From assembly GCA_963848295.1 (NCBI GenBank), contig CAWKDB010000010.1:3552001-3616000 (forward strand): a DNA stretch of 64,000 nt, in the 5' to 3' direction. The notes under the pieces are model-generated. The model ran no database searches. It was not told the DNA's origin and was given only the letters and a program-made list of their open reading frames with translations. Below are positions 18,548 to 28,188 of the stretch, piece after piece. Positions within the stretch are counted from its first letter, which is position 1. Each line of letters begins with the position of its first letter. Source of the DNA: an uncultured delta proteobacterium (GTDB lineage: Bacteria > Myxococcota_A > Polyangia > Haliangiales > Haliangiaceae). The position numbers and the translations under genes are program-made.

Positions 18548-19621
18548 GTGACGCGCAAGCTCAATTTCTCGTCTGGCCCGGCGGTGCTGCCGGAGAGCGT
18601 GCTGCGGTCGGCGCAGGCGGCACTGTGGGATCTCGATGGCTCGGGCATCGGCATTCTCGAGCACAGCCATCGCAGCAAAGAGTTCGGCCGCGTGCTCGAC
18701 CGCGCCGAGGCGAACGTTCGCGAGCTCGCCGGCGTCGATGACGCGTGGGCGGTGTTGTTCGTCACCTCGGGCGCGACCCCGCACTTCGCGATGATCCCGA
18801 CGAGCTTTCTCGGCGCGGGCGCCACCGCCGACTACTGCCACACCGGCGTATGGTCGGGCAAGGCGATCGATGAGGCGCGCCGCGTCGGCACGGTGCATGT
18901 CGCGTGCAGCTCGGAGGCCGACGACTTCTCGAGCGTGCCGACCGCGATCCAGTGGTCGGCGGCGCCACGCTACTGCCACTACACGAGCAACGAGACGATC
19001 TACGGCACGGAGTGGAGCGCGCCACCGGCCGGTGCCCCCGCGCCGCTCGTGTGCGACGCGTCGAGCGATATCTTTTCGCGACCTTTGCCGATCGCCGGCC
19101 ACGGCCTGATCTATGCGGGTGCACAAAAGAACCTCGGGCCGTCCGGGATTTCGCTCGTGCTCGCGCGCCGCGATTTCTTGGCGAGCGAGAACCCCGACCT
19201 ACCGCCGCTGTCGCGCTACTCGACGTACGCGAAGGAGCGCTCGCTGCACAACACGCCGAACACGTTCGGGATCTGGATGATCGCGGAGGTCTGCGCGTGG
19301 ATCCGGAGCGAGGGCGGACTCGCGGCGATGGCGGCGCGCAACACGCGCAAGGCGACCGCCCTCTACGAGTTCCTCGACCGCAGCAAGCGGTGGCGCGCCC
19401 ACGCGAAGCCGGGCAGTCGCTCGCTGATGAACGTGACGTTCCGCGGCGACAGCGTCGAGCTCGAGGAGGCGATGCTCGCCCGCGCCGAGCACAGCGGGAT
19501 GTACGGCCTGCGCGGTCATCGCTCGGTCGGCGGCCTGCGCGCCAGCTTGTACAACGCGTTTCCCGAGGCGGGGGTCACCGCGTTGATCGACCTGTTGGCC
19601 GAGGTCGAGCTACGCCACTGA
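18548..19621 (+). CDS. serC: Phosphoserine aminotransferase
   Basis: NFSSGPAVLP, SHRS, NETIYG, DASSD, YAGAQKNLGPSG (PLP Lys), NTP, GHRSVGGLRASLYNA. Confidence 0.96.
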   Translation: MTRKLNFSSGPAVLPESVLRSAQAALWDLDGSGIGILEHSHRSKEFGRVLDRAEANVRELAGVDDAWAVLFVTSGATPHFAMIPTSFLGAGATADYCHTGVWSGKAIDEARRVGTVHVACSSEADDFSSVPTAIQWSAAPRYCHYTSNETIYGTEWSAPPAGAPAPLVCDASSDIFSRPLPIAGHGLIYAGAQKNLGPSGISLVLARRDFLASENPDLPPLSRYSTYAKERSLHNTPNTFGIWMIAEVCAWIRSEGGLAAMAARNTRKATALYEFLDRSKRWRAHAKPGSRSLMNVTFRGDSVELEEAMLARAEHSGMYGLRGHRSVGGLRASLYNAFPEAGVTALIDLLAEVELRH

Positions 19622-21793
19622 GAGGGCGCGCACGCGCTCCGCGAGCGACGTGTAGCGCCGCTTCGCGTCGACGTTGTTGACCGCGAGCTGGACGGCGCGC
19701 CGGCTGCCGACGATCACGACGAGCCGCTTGCCGCGCGTCACCGCGGTGTAGAGCAGGCTGCGCTGTAGCATCATGAAGTGCTGGGTCGCGAGCGGGATCA
19801 CGACCGCGGCATACTCCGAGCCCTGCGCCTTGTGGATGCTGACCGCGTACGCGTGCACGAGTTGGTCGAGCTCGTTGCGCTCGTAGGCCGCGCCGCGGCC
19901 GTCGAAGTCGACTCGCATCGCGCCGGCTTCGCTGTCGATCGCGTCGATCACGCCGATATCGCCGTTGAACACGTTCTTGTCGTAGTCGTTGCGCAGCTGC
20001 ATGACCTTGTCGCCCTTGCGAAACGAGCGGTCACCGCGCACGAGCTCGGGCGTGCCGGTCGCCGGGTTGAGCCGGTCTTGCAGCGCCCGGTTGAGCGCCG
20101 CGGTGCCGAGGTCGCCGCGGTGCATCGGCGCGAGCACCTGGATCTGGCCGATCGCGTCGAAGCCGAACCGCGCGGGGATGCGCTCGGCGACGAGCTCGAC
20201 GATCGTCGACCGAGCGGCCTCGAGGTCGTCGCGCGCGATGAAGAAGAAGTCGCTGTCCGGCGCGGCGTCGAGATCCGGGAGCTCGCCGCTGTTGATCCGG
20301 TGAGCCGACACGACGATCTTGCTCTCCGCGGCCTGGCGAAAGATCTCGGTGAGGCGAATCACCGTCGCGGCCTCCGACGCGATGACATCGGCGAGCACCG
20401 CACCGGGGCCGACCGACGGCAGCTGATCGATGTCGCCGACGAGCAGCAGCTGCGCGTTCGGAGGCAACGCGGTGACGACGGCGTGGAACAGCAGCGCATC
20501 GACCATCGACGCCTCGTCGACGACGAGCAGATCGAGCTCGAGTGGATTGCCGCCGTTGCGCTGGAACCCACCGGCCTGCGGCTGAAACTCGAGCAAGCGA
20601 TGGATCGTCATCGCCTCGACGCCGGTCGCCTCGCCGAGTCGCTTCGCGGCGCGTCCGGTCGGAGCGGCGAGCGCGACCTTGCGATGCGCGATGCGCGCGA
20701 GGTGGACGATCGCCTTGACGATCGTCGTCTTGCCGACACCGGGGCCGCCGGTGATCACGACGCACTTGTCGGTGAGCGCGGCGGCAACCGCTCGGCGCTG
20801 TTGCTTCGCGAGCATGACGCCGGTGACCGACTCGAAGACGCCGATCGCCGCTTCGACGTCGAGCGCGAGCGTGCGGCCCGGCGTGCGCGCGAGCTCCGCG
20901 AAGCGCTCGGCGGCCTCGACCTCGGCGCGATGCAGCGCGGGCAGCGCAGTGCACGGGCCATGCGCCGCGAGCAGCTCGCGCACGACCGTGCCGGCGGTGA
21001 CGAGCGCGCCCAGTCGCGCGGGCAACGGCTCGTCGGTCAACTGCAACAGCTCGGCCGCGTCCTTGACGAGCTCCACATCGGGCAAGAACATGTGGCCGTC
21101 ATCCGACGCGGTCTCGAGCGCATGCAACAGGCCAGCCTCGAGGCGCGCAGGCGCATCGCGTGCGATCCCGAGCTTCTCGGCGATCGCATCGGCGGAGCGA
21201 AACCCGATGCCCCAGACCTCGTGCGCGAGCCGATACGGATTGCTCCGCACGATGTTGATCGCGTCTTTGCCGTAGCGCTTGACGATGCGCGCGGCGAACG
21301 CGGCCGACACCCCGTGACCGCGCAGGAACACCATGACGTCTTGCACGTGACGGTGCGCGGCGAACGCTTCGGCGAGCTTGCCGGCGCGCATCGCACCGAT
21401 GCCGGGAACCTCGACGAGCCGCTGTGGCGAACGGTCGATGATCTCGAGCGTATCGATCCCGAAGTGGCCGACGAGCCGGCGCGCGAGCTCGGCCCCGATG
21501 CCGGGGATCAAGCCCGAGCCGAGGAACTTTTCGATCCCGACGATCGTCTCGGGTGCACGCATCTGATACGTCGCGACGCGAAACTGCCGACCGTACTTCT
21601 TGTCGACGATCCACTGACCGCGGATCCGCAGCGGCAGCCCTTCGGACAACCCGACAAGCTCGCCGACGATCGTGACCACCGTGCGATCGACGCCGATGAA
21701 TCGCGCGACGGTGAACGCCGACTCGTCGCTGTGAAACGCGATCCGTTCGATCGTTCCGTCGAGCGTCACCTCGGCGTTGGGCTCGGCCACCAC
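19610..21793 (-). CDS. recD2: ATP-dependent RecD2 helicase
   Basis: N-term OB/HhH (LIPGIG), NPYRL..GIGF, GGPGVGKTT, APTGRAAKRL, DEASM, GDIDQLPSVG, YAVSIHKAQGSE, YTAVTR. Confidence 0.95.
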   Translation of the reverse strand: MVAEPNAEVTLDGTIERIAFHSDESAFTVARFIGVDRTVVTIVGELVGLSEGLPLRIRGQWIVDKKYGRQFRVATYQMRAPETIVGIEKFLGSGLIPGIGAELARRLVGHFGIDTLEIIDRSPQRLVEVPGIGAMRAGKLAEAFAAHRHVQDVMVFLRGHGVSAAFAARIVKRYGKDAINIVRSNPYRLAHEVWGIGFRSADAIAEKLGIARDAPARLEAGLLHALETASDDGHMFLPDVELVKDAAELLQLTDEPLPARLGALVTAGTVVRELLAAHGPCTALPALHRAEVEAAERFAELARTPGRTLALDVEAAIGVFESVTGVMLAKQQRRAVAAALTDKCVVITGGPGVGKTTIVKAIVHLARIAHRKVALAAPTGRAAKRLGEATGVEAMTIHRLLEFQPQAGGFQRNGGNPLELDLLVVDEASMVDALLFHAVVTALPPNAQLLLVGDIDQLPSVGPGAVLADVIASEAATVIRLTEIFRQAAESKIVVSAHRINSGELPDLDAAPDSDFFFIARDDLEAARSTIVELVAERIPARFGFDAIGQIQVLAPMHRGDLGTAALNRALQDRLNPATGTPELVRGDRSFRKGDKVMQLRNDYDKNVFNGDIGVIDAIDSEAGAMRVDFDGRGAAYERNELDQLVHAYAVSIHKAQGSEYAAVVIPLATQHFMMLQRSLLYTAVTRGKRLVVIVGSRRAVQLAVNNVDAKRRYTSLAERVRALSVA

Positions 21794-21922
21794 GCAGCAT
21801 CTTACGTCCGCGCGCTGCGCCGCGGTAGCTCGCCGTCACTCGTACGCGTGCATCACGATGACGTTATTGTGCTCGCCACCCATGACCATGACGTCGACGG
21901 GATCGAACGTACTACGCGAGGG

Positions 21923-22207
21923 CTACTGCTGCGCCGTCGTCGGATGGTGGCCGTCGACGAACTCGACCGCGTCATCGCACGACAGCCGCTCGAACTCGAC
22001 CCGCGCCTCGGAATCGCCGAGGACATCGGGGCACTCCTGCTCGCAGCGCGCGAGATCGGCGTGTGGGTGATCCGGCTTGCAGTCGATGTAGTGCTTGCAC
22101 GCACCGTCGCAGGTGCCGGTGACCCGTTCCCCGACGAGCTGGCGAATCGCGCAGCCGGTGATCGCGCCGGCGACCGCGAGAGCGGCGACGAGGACGCGTC
22201 GCTTCAC
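21923..22207 (-). CDS. Small Cys-rich lipoprotein
   Basis: MKRRVLVAALAVAGAITGC lipobox; CDGACKHYIDC, CEQEC. Confidence 0.75.
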   Translation of the reverse strand: MKRRVLVAALAVAGAITGCAIRQLVGERVTGTCDGACKHYIDCKPDHPHADLARCEQECPDVLGDSEARVEFERLSCDDAVEFVDGHHPTTAQQ

Positions 22208-22974
22208 GGCTTCGCTCCGTGACGACCGGCGCCGGCGGCGAACCGCGCGGCACCCGCGGCGCCTTCACCGAGCGCGCGACTTCCGTGCTCGAGCTCGAGC
22301 AGCAGCGCAGCGGGGAGATCGCGATCGTGTTGGAGATACGTGCTCATCCGATCGCCGCGCATCGCCGCTTGCGGCAGCTCGGCGAGCTCGCGCGCGAGTT
22401 GCTCCGCCGCCGCGCGCGCTTGGCCGGCGGGGACGACGCGATTGACCAACCCGAACGCGAGCGCCTCGTCCGCGGGGACCGCGCGGCCGGTCAAGATCAG
22501 ATCGAGCGCGCGCGACAGTCCGATCAACCGCGGCATCCGGATCGTGCCGCCGTCGATCAGCGGCACGCCGAACCGCCGGCAGAACACGCCGAGGATCGCG
22601 GTCTGCTCCGCGACCCGCAGATCGCACCACAGCGCGAGCTCCAAGCCGCCGGCAACGGCGTGACCCGCGATCGCCGCGATCACCGGCTTGCCGAGCAGCA
22701 TCCGCGTCGGTCCCATCGGGCCATCGCCGTCCGGTGCGACGCGATTGCCGCGACCTTCGGCGAAGCCTTTCAGATCGGCGCCGGCGCAGAACGTGCCGTG
22801 ATCGCCGAAGAGCACGCCGACGCGGGCCGCGTCATCGGCATCGAACGCGCGGAACGCATCGGCGAGCGCCTGCGCGGTGTCGCGATCGACCGCGTTCTTG
22901 CTCGCTGGCCGATCCAGGATCACGGTCGTGACCGGACCCTCGCGCTCGATGCGCACCGACGCAGACGTCGTCAT
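22204..22974 (-). CDS. Enoyl-CoA hydratase/crotonase family protein
   Basis: FCAGADLK, KPVIAAIAGHAVAGGLELALWCDLR, GVPLIDGG, GLVNRVVP. Confidence 0.93.
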   Translation of the reverse strand: MTTSASVRIEREGPVTTVILDRPASKNAVDRDTAQALADAFRAFDADDAARVGVLFGDHGTFCAGADLKGFAEGRGNRVAPDGDGPMGPTRMLLGKPVIAAIAGHAVAGGLELALWCDLRVAEQTAILGVFCRRFGVPLIDGGTIRMPRLIGLSRALDLILTGRAVPADEALAFGLVNRVVPAGQARAAAEQLARELAELPQAAMRGDRMSTYLQHDRDLPAALLLELEHGSRALGEGAAGAARFAAGAGRHGAKP

Positions 22975-23000
22975 CCGAGGTGATGGTAGCATCCGCCGCT

Positions 23001-24122
23001 ATGGCCGCCGTAAAGCGCATCGCGATCCTGACAAGCGGCGGTGACGCACCTGGCATGAACGCCGCGATCCGAGCCACCGCGCTGGTCGGGCGGGGCCTCG
23101 GGCTCGATGTCCTCGGCATCGAGCGCGGCTATCGCGGCCTGCTCGACGATAGCTTCACCGAGCTCGGAGCCAATGATGTCGCGGGTATCCTGCGCGAAGG
23201 GGGCACGATCCTCGGGTCCGCGCGGTGTAAGGAATTCCATGAGAGGGCCGTGCGCGACCGGGCGCGCGCGGTCCTGGCGAGCCACGCGATCGACGGCGTG
23301 ATCGTGGTCGGCGGCAACGGATCGCTCACCGGTGCGCTCCACCTGGCCGATCCAGCGGAGGTAGGCAGCGGTCGGCCGCTCAAGGTCATCGGGATCCCGG
23401 CGTCGATCGATAACGACCTCGGGCTGACCGGGTTGTCGATCGGCGTCGACACCGCGATGAACACGATCGTCGAGGCTTGCGACAAGATCGCCGACACCGC
23501 GACCGCGCACGATCGCACGTTCATCGTCGAGGTCATGGGCCGCGATTGCGGCTACCTCGCGATGACCTCGGCGATCGCGGTCGGCGCCGACCTCGCGTTG
23601 TTTCCAGAAGCGGGCAAGAGCGATCAGGAGTTCGTCGATCAGATCGTCGACACCGTGATGGCGGTGCGGCAGCGGCCGTCGCGTCGCGCTCGCCGGGTCA
23701 TCGTGATCAAGGCCGAAGGCGTCGCGATGCCGGTCGACAAGCTCAAGGCCGCGGTCGACGCGAAGCTGCTCGCGCGCACGCCGGAAGGCGAAGCGAGCTC
23801 GATCGAGACGCGCGTCACCGTCCTCGGTCACGTCGTGCGCGGGGGCCGGCCGTCGGCGTTCGATCGGTTGCTCGGCAGCCGGCTCGCGAACGTCGCGGTG
23901 CGTGCGCTGCACGCGGGCGTCGGCCACAAGATGGCGGCGTGGATGCCGCCGGTCGAGCTGCCCGAGGAAGTCGGCACGCGATCGCCGGCCGACCCCTACT
24001 GTTGGCTCGTCGACCTGGCCGCGGTGCTCACCGAGACTGAAAATTTATTGAAGGGACGGAGTCCGCTCGCGCGCTGGAGAGCGGGGGCGTTCGAAGACAT
24101 CGAAGACGCGCTCTTGCTGTAA
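23001..24122 (+). CDS. pfkA: 6-phosphofructokinase
   Basis: TSGGDAPGMNAA, GGTILGSAR, GGNGS, PASIDND, EVMGRDCG, LGHVVRGG. Confidence 0.93.
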   Translation: MAAVKRIAILTSGGDAPGMNAAIRATALVGRGLGLDVLGIERGYRGLLDDSFTELGANDVAGILREGGTILGSARCKEFHERAVRDRARAVLASHAIDGVIVVGGNGSLTGALHLADPAEVGSGRPLKVIGIPASIDNDLGLTGLSIGVDTAMNTIVEACDKIADTATAHDRTFIVEVMGRDCGYLAMTSAIAVGADLALFPEAGKSDQEFVDQIVDTVMAVRQRPSRRARRVIVIKAEGVAMPVDKLKAAVDAKLLARTPEGEASSIETRVTVLGHVVRGGRPSAFDRLLGSRLANVAVRALHAGVGHKMAAWMPPVELPEEVGTRSPADPYCWLVDLAAVLTETENLLKGRSPLARWRAGAFEDIEDALLL

Positions 24123-24130
24123 GGTCGGGC

Positions 24131-25978
24131 GTGCCTTCTGAACCCGAGCTCCAGCGGCTGTTCGAGCGCACGCCGATCGGGATGTATCGCTCGGATGCCT
24201 CGGGTCGCTTGCTCGTCGCGAATCCGGCGCTCGTCGCGATGCTCGGCTACGACACCGTCGAGGAAGTGCTCGCGCTCGATCTCAATCGCGACGTCTATGT
24301 CGATGCCAGCGGTCGCGCACCGGTGCTCGAGGAGTATCGCCACACCGGCGTCGTCGACGGCAGTCGCGTGCAGTGGCGGACGAGGACCGGTCGGACGCTA
24401 TCGATCCAGCTGTACGGCCACGTCGTCGACACCGCGCAAGGGCTGATGTTCGACGCGACCGTGATCGACATGACCGAGATCGATGCGGTCGAGCGCGAGC
24501 TCGTGCGCCAGCGCGAGGAGCTCGAACGCACCGCGACGACGCTCGATCAGGTCGTGCGCCAGATGCCGACCATGTATTGGCTGATCGATCACGACATGCG
24601 GATCCTGCGTACCGGCGGCTCGGTCCAGCCGATCCTCGGCTATGCACCCGACAAGTTCATCGGCGTGACGCTCGAGCAGGTCCACGCGACCGAGCCGGGC
24701 TCCGTGTCACCGGTCGAGCCGCATGCGCGCGCGCTGCGCGGCGAAGTCGTCGAGTACCACACGGTCTATCGCCACAAGGAGCTGACGACCACGGTCGGCC
24801 CGCTGCGCTCGCGCGATGGCGCGATCGTCGGAGCGATCGGCACGTCGATCGACGTCACGGCGATCCGCCGGCTCGAACGTCGGATGATCGATGCGCAACG
24901 CGCCGAGAGCCTCGGGGTGCTCGCCGGCGGCCTCGCGCATGACTTCAACAATCTGCTCGTCGCGGTGCTCGGCAACGCCGACCTCGCGCTGCGGGAGATC
25001 CCCGCCGGCACGCCCGGGCGCACCGCGATCGAGAACATCCGGCAGGCGGGGCTACGCGCCTCCGAGCTGACGTATCAGCTGCTCGCGTACGCCGGGCGCG
25101 GAGGCACCGGCACGACGCGCGTGTCGCCGGCGGAGATGGTCGACGAGCTGTTGCGCATCGTCGGTGCGTCATTCCCTCCGGGCGTGACGGTGTCGGTCGA
25201 GTTCGAAGGCGATCCCACCGTGCGCGCCGATCCTGCGCAGCTGCGGCAGGTGCTGCTGAATCTGATCACGAACGCGCGCGAAGCGGTCGGCGAGCGCGGC
25301 GCGATCCGCGTCCATGGCCAACGCGTTCACGTCGACGGCCAACCGCATCCCGACGACATCATCTCGGTCTACGCCGGTAACTACGTCTCGCTCGAGGTCA
25401 GCGACGACGGGCCGGGGATGACCGACGTGGTTCGTCGCCGCGTGTTCGAGCCGTTCTTCACGACGAAGCAATCCGGGCACGGCCTCGGCCTCGCGGCGCT
25501 CGTCGGCATCGTGCGCGCGCACGGCGGTGGCCTGCGCCTGACCTCGTCGCCCGGCGCCGGTGCGGTGTTTCGGGTGTTGTGGCCCGCCGCTTCGACCGCG
25601 CCGGTGCGAGCACCGAGCCCGGAGCGCGCCGCGGCCAAGCACGTGCTCGTGGTCGACGACGAGGACCTCGTGCGCGATGTCGTCGCCCGCATGATCGAGG
25701 ATCTCGGCTACACCGCCGACACCGCCGCCGATGGAGCGTCCGCGCTCGCGATGCTCGACGAACGCGAGTTCGACGCGGTGCTCGTCGACTTGTCGATGCC
25801 GAGGATGAGCGGCGCGGACGTCGTCGCGGCGGTGCGCGAGCGCAAGCCGGGCTTGCCGATCATCTTGTGCAGCGGTTACGACCGCGACGGCCGCGGGCCG
25901 GTCGACGCCGACGCGTTCCTGCCCAAGCCGTTCCGCATCGAAGTGCTCGAGCAGACCCTCGCGAAGCTCTTTAACTGA
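24131..25978 (+). CDS. Tandem-PAS hybrid sensor histidine kinase
   Basis: Two PAS-like regions, GGLAHDFNN, NAREA, DDGPGM, FEPFFTTK, REC (VDDE, VDLSMP, FLPKPF). Confidence 0.93.
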   Translation: MPSEPELQRLFERTPIGMYRSDASGRLLVANPALVAMLGYDTVEEVLALDLNRDVYVDASGRAPVLEEYRHTGVVDGSRVQWRTRTGRTLSIQLYGHVVDTAQGLMFDATVIDMTEIDAVERELVRQREELERTATTLDQVVRQMPTMYWLIDHDMRILRTGGSVQPILGYAPDKFIGVTLEQVHATEPGSVSPVEPHARALRGEVVEYHTVYRHKELTTTVGPLRSRDGAIVGAIGTSIDVTAIRRLERRMIDAQRAESLGVLAGGLAHDFNNLLVAVLGNADLALREIPAGTPGRTAIENIRQAGLRASELTYQLLAYAGRGGTGTTRVSPAEMVDELLRIVGASFPPGVTVSVEFEGDPTVRADPAQLRQVLLNLITNAREAVGERGAIRVHGQRVHVDGQPHPDDIISVYAGNYVSLEVSDDGPGMTDVVRRRVFEPFFTTKQSGHGLGLAALVGIVRAHGGGLRLTSSPGAGAVFRVLWPAASTAPVRAPSPERAAAKHVLVVDDEDLVRDVVARMIEDLGYTADTAADGASALAMLDEREFDAVLVDLSMPRMSGADVVAAVRERKPGLPIILCSGYDRDGRGPVDADAFLPKPFRIEVLEQTLAKLFN

Positions 25979-26102
25979 AGAGCCGAACACAAGTTGTTGA
26001 GAACGCTGCAAGGCTGCCGTCGCCGGTGCTGCGCACTCTTGCGGGGAGGTTGCAAAGTGTTAAAGCCCAACCACGGCGCGGCTAAATCACTATGCTGACC
26101 TC

Positions 26103-26810
26103 GTGACCGATCAAGCGCTGCCGTCTATCAAGGTCCTGCTCGTCGAGGATGACACCCGCCTCGCGCAACTCACCGCGCGCTACCTCGAGAGCCACAACGT
26201 GCTCGTCGCGGTGGCGGCCGACGGCCTCGAAGGCCAGGCCGAGGCGCTGCGTCGCCAATACGACTGCGTCGTGCTCGATCTGATGTTGCCCGGGCGCGAC
26301 GGTATCGAGGTCTGTCGGCAACTGCGCGGTCGGATCGACGTGCCGATCATCATGGTGACCGCGCGCGGCGAAGAAGCGGATCGAGTGCTCGGGCTCGAGG
26401 TCGGCGCCGACGACTACGTCACCAAGCCGTTCTCGCCGCGCGAGCTGCTCGCCCGGATTCGCGCGAACGTGCGGCGCGTGCGCGGTCAAGCCGGTCCCGC
26501 GCAAGAGACGATTCAGGTCGGCACGCTGATCCTCGATCCGGCGCGGATGACGGTCGAGCTCGAGGGCAAAGCGGTCGAGGTCACGGCGTACGAGTTTTCG
26601 ATCCTGCGCGCGCTCGCGCAACGACCGGGCCGCGTGCTGTCGCGCGAGCAACTGCTCGATCTCGCGAAGGGCTCGGCCGAGCTGTCGTTCGATCGTTCGA
26701 TCGACGTTCACGTCTCGCGCCTGCGCGCGAAGCTCGGCGACGATAGCCGCAACCCGAAGATCCTCAAGACCGTGCGCGGTGCGGGCTACTTGCTCGCCGG
26801 TGGCGACTAG
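26103..26810 (+). CDS. OmpR-family response regulator
   Basis: LVEDD, LDLMLP, GADDYVTKPF, winged helix DRSIDVHVSRLRAK, TVRGAGY. Confidence 0.95.
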   Translation: MTDQALPSIKVLLVEDDTRLAQLTARYLESHNVLVAVAADGLEGQAEALRRQYDCVVLDLMLPGRDGIEVCRQLRGRIDVPIIMVTARGEEADRVLGLEVGADDYVTKPFSPRELLARIRANVRRVRGQAGPAQETIQVGTLILDPARMTVELEGKAVEVTAYEFSILRALAQRPGRVLSREQLLDLAKGSAELSFDRSIDVHVSRLRAKLGDDSRNPKILKTVRGAGYLLAGGD

Positions 26811-28120
26811 TGACCAAGCCGCGGCGCAAGATCGCGCTCCGGATCTACGCGTTCACCGCGGCGATCGCGGTCGCGGCGATGGTCGCGCTCCTCGTGTTGC
26901 CGCGGTTCATCGGCAGCCCGCGCTATCTCGGGCCGCAGGCCGCGCTCGTCCAGAACATGGTCGATCGGTTGGCGCAACGCGATGCCGCGACTCGCGCCGA
27001 TCACGTCGCGCATCTCGCACTGCGGTTGCGCGCGAAGCTGACGATGTTCGACGCGCACGACAACGTGCTGAACTCGACGAGCGACGTGCTCGCGCCACCG
27101 ACCCCCGAAGAGCGGCGCACCCTCGCGGGCGACGAGAAATGGGCGATCAGCTGGGGCCGGATCGTCGTGCGCAGCGACGACGGCGCGGTGTTCGGCGTCT
27201 ACGAACCGGACGATCCGGGCCGCCCGTGGGGCCTGTTGCTCGAGCTCGCCGCCGGCGTGTTGGTCGTCGCGGGCGCGGCCTCGCTGTGGTTCTCGCGCGG
27301 CCTCGTTCGTCCGCTCGGTCGGCTCGCCGATGCGGCGCGGCAGTTCGGAGGCGGCGATACCGCAGCGCGCGCCCAGCTGCAGCGCGACGACGAGCTCGGC
27401 CAAGTCGGAGCGGCGTTCGATGACATGGCGGATCGCACGGCCGCGCTGCTCGCATCGCAGCGCCAGCTCATGGCCGATGTCTCGCACGAGCTGCGCACCC
27501 CGCTCGCGCGCATCCGCGTCGCGCTCGAGCTCGTGTCCGAAGATCCGGTGGCGGCGAAGGACGTGCTCAACGACGTCACGGGCGATCTCGACGAGATCGA
27601 TCAGCTGATCTCCGACATCCTCACGACCGCGCGGCTCGACGCCGATCCGACGCCGATCAAGCGCCAGCCGATGCCGGTCGGCGATCTCGCAGAGCGCGCC
27701 GCCGGTCGGTTCAAGGCGCGCCATCCGCAGCGCGAGCTCGAGCGAAGAGACGCGAACGGGTCGACCGCAGCCGAGGTCGACTGCGACCCCGTCTTGCTGC
27801 GCCGCGCGCTCGACAACCTCCTCGACAACGCCGCGAAGTACTCCGACGCGGCCGTCCGGCTCGAAGTCCGGCCCGACCAAGGTACGATCGTGTTCGAGGT
27901 CATCGATCGCGGCATCGGCATGTCGGCCGAAGAGCTCGAGAGCGCGTTTACCCCGTTCTGGCGCGCCGACCAGAGCCGGGCCCGCAAGACCGGTGGCGTC
28001 GGCCTCGGGCTCGCGCTCGCCCGCCGGATCGCGCGCGCGCACGGCGGCGACGTGACGCTCGCGTCGCGGCCCGGATCCGGCACCACCGCGCGTCTACAGA
28101 TTCCTCGGTTGCACGGTTAA
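26810..28120 (+). CDS. HAMP sensor histidine kinase
   Basis: 2 TM, HAMP RDDELG, VSHELRTPL, NAAKYS, DRGIG, GGVGLGLA. Confidence 0.95.
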   Translation: MTKPRRKIALRIYAFTAAIAVAAMVALLVLPRFIGSPRYLGPQAALVQNMVDRLAQRDAATRADHVAHLALRLRAKLTMFDAHDNVLNSTSDVLAPPTPEERRTLAGDEKWAISWGRIVVRSDDGAVFGVYEPDDPGRPWGLLLELAAGVLVVAGAASLWFSRGLVRPLGRLADAARQFGGGDTAARAQLQRDDELGQVGAAFDDMADRTAALLASQRQLMADVSHELRTPLARIRVALELVSEDPVAAKDVLNDVTGDLDEIDQLISDILTTARLDADPTPIKRQPMPVGDLAERAAGRFKARHPQRELERRDANGSTAAEVDCDPVLLRRALDNLLDNAAKYSDAAVRLEVRPDQGTIVFEVIDRGIGMSAEELESAFTPFWRADQSRARKTGGVGLGLALARRIARAHGGDVTLASRPGSGTTARLQIPRLHG

Positions 28121-28137
28121 ATGTGGGTAGTTGCTTG

Positions 28138-28163
28138 GAAACAAATAGCAATATCCCCGCAAC
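28138..28163 (+). promoter_or_regulatory. Phased direct repeats, candidate OmpR/CpxR-type binding site
   Basis: GAAAC-N5-GCAAT-N6-GCAAC in AT-rich spacer between kinase and efflux operon. Confidence 0.45.
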
Positions 28164-28188
28164 GCTCGGCTCGTAGCGCGGTATCACA

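Noticed and set aside
19610..19621. serC/recD2 convergent 12-bp overlap as a regulatory feature
   Set aside because: Short convergent overlaps are common in dense high-GC genomes
19778..22222. Long antisense and alternate-frame ORFs (e.g. 19778..22222+, 57341..59734+, 51049..53004+, 40685..42889+)
   Set aside because: Arg/Ala/Pro-rich shadow frames expected in high-GC DNA; they overlap well-supported genes and have no domains of their own (40685.. contains only short frameshifted kinase pieces)
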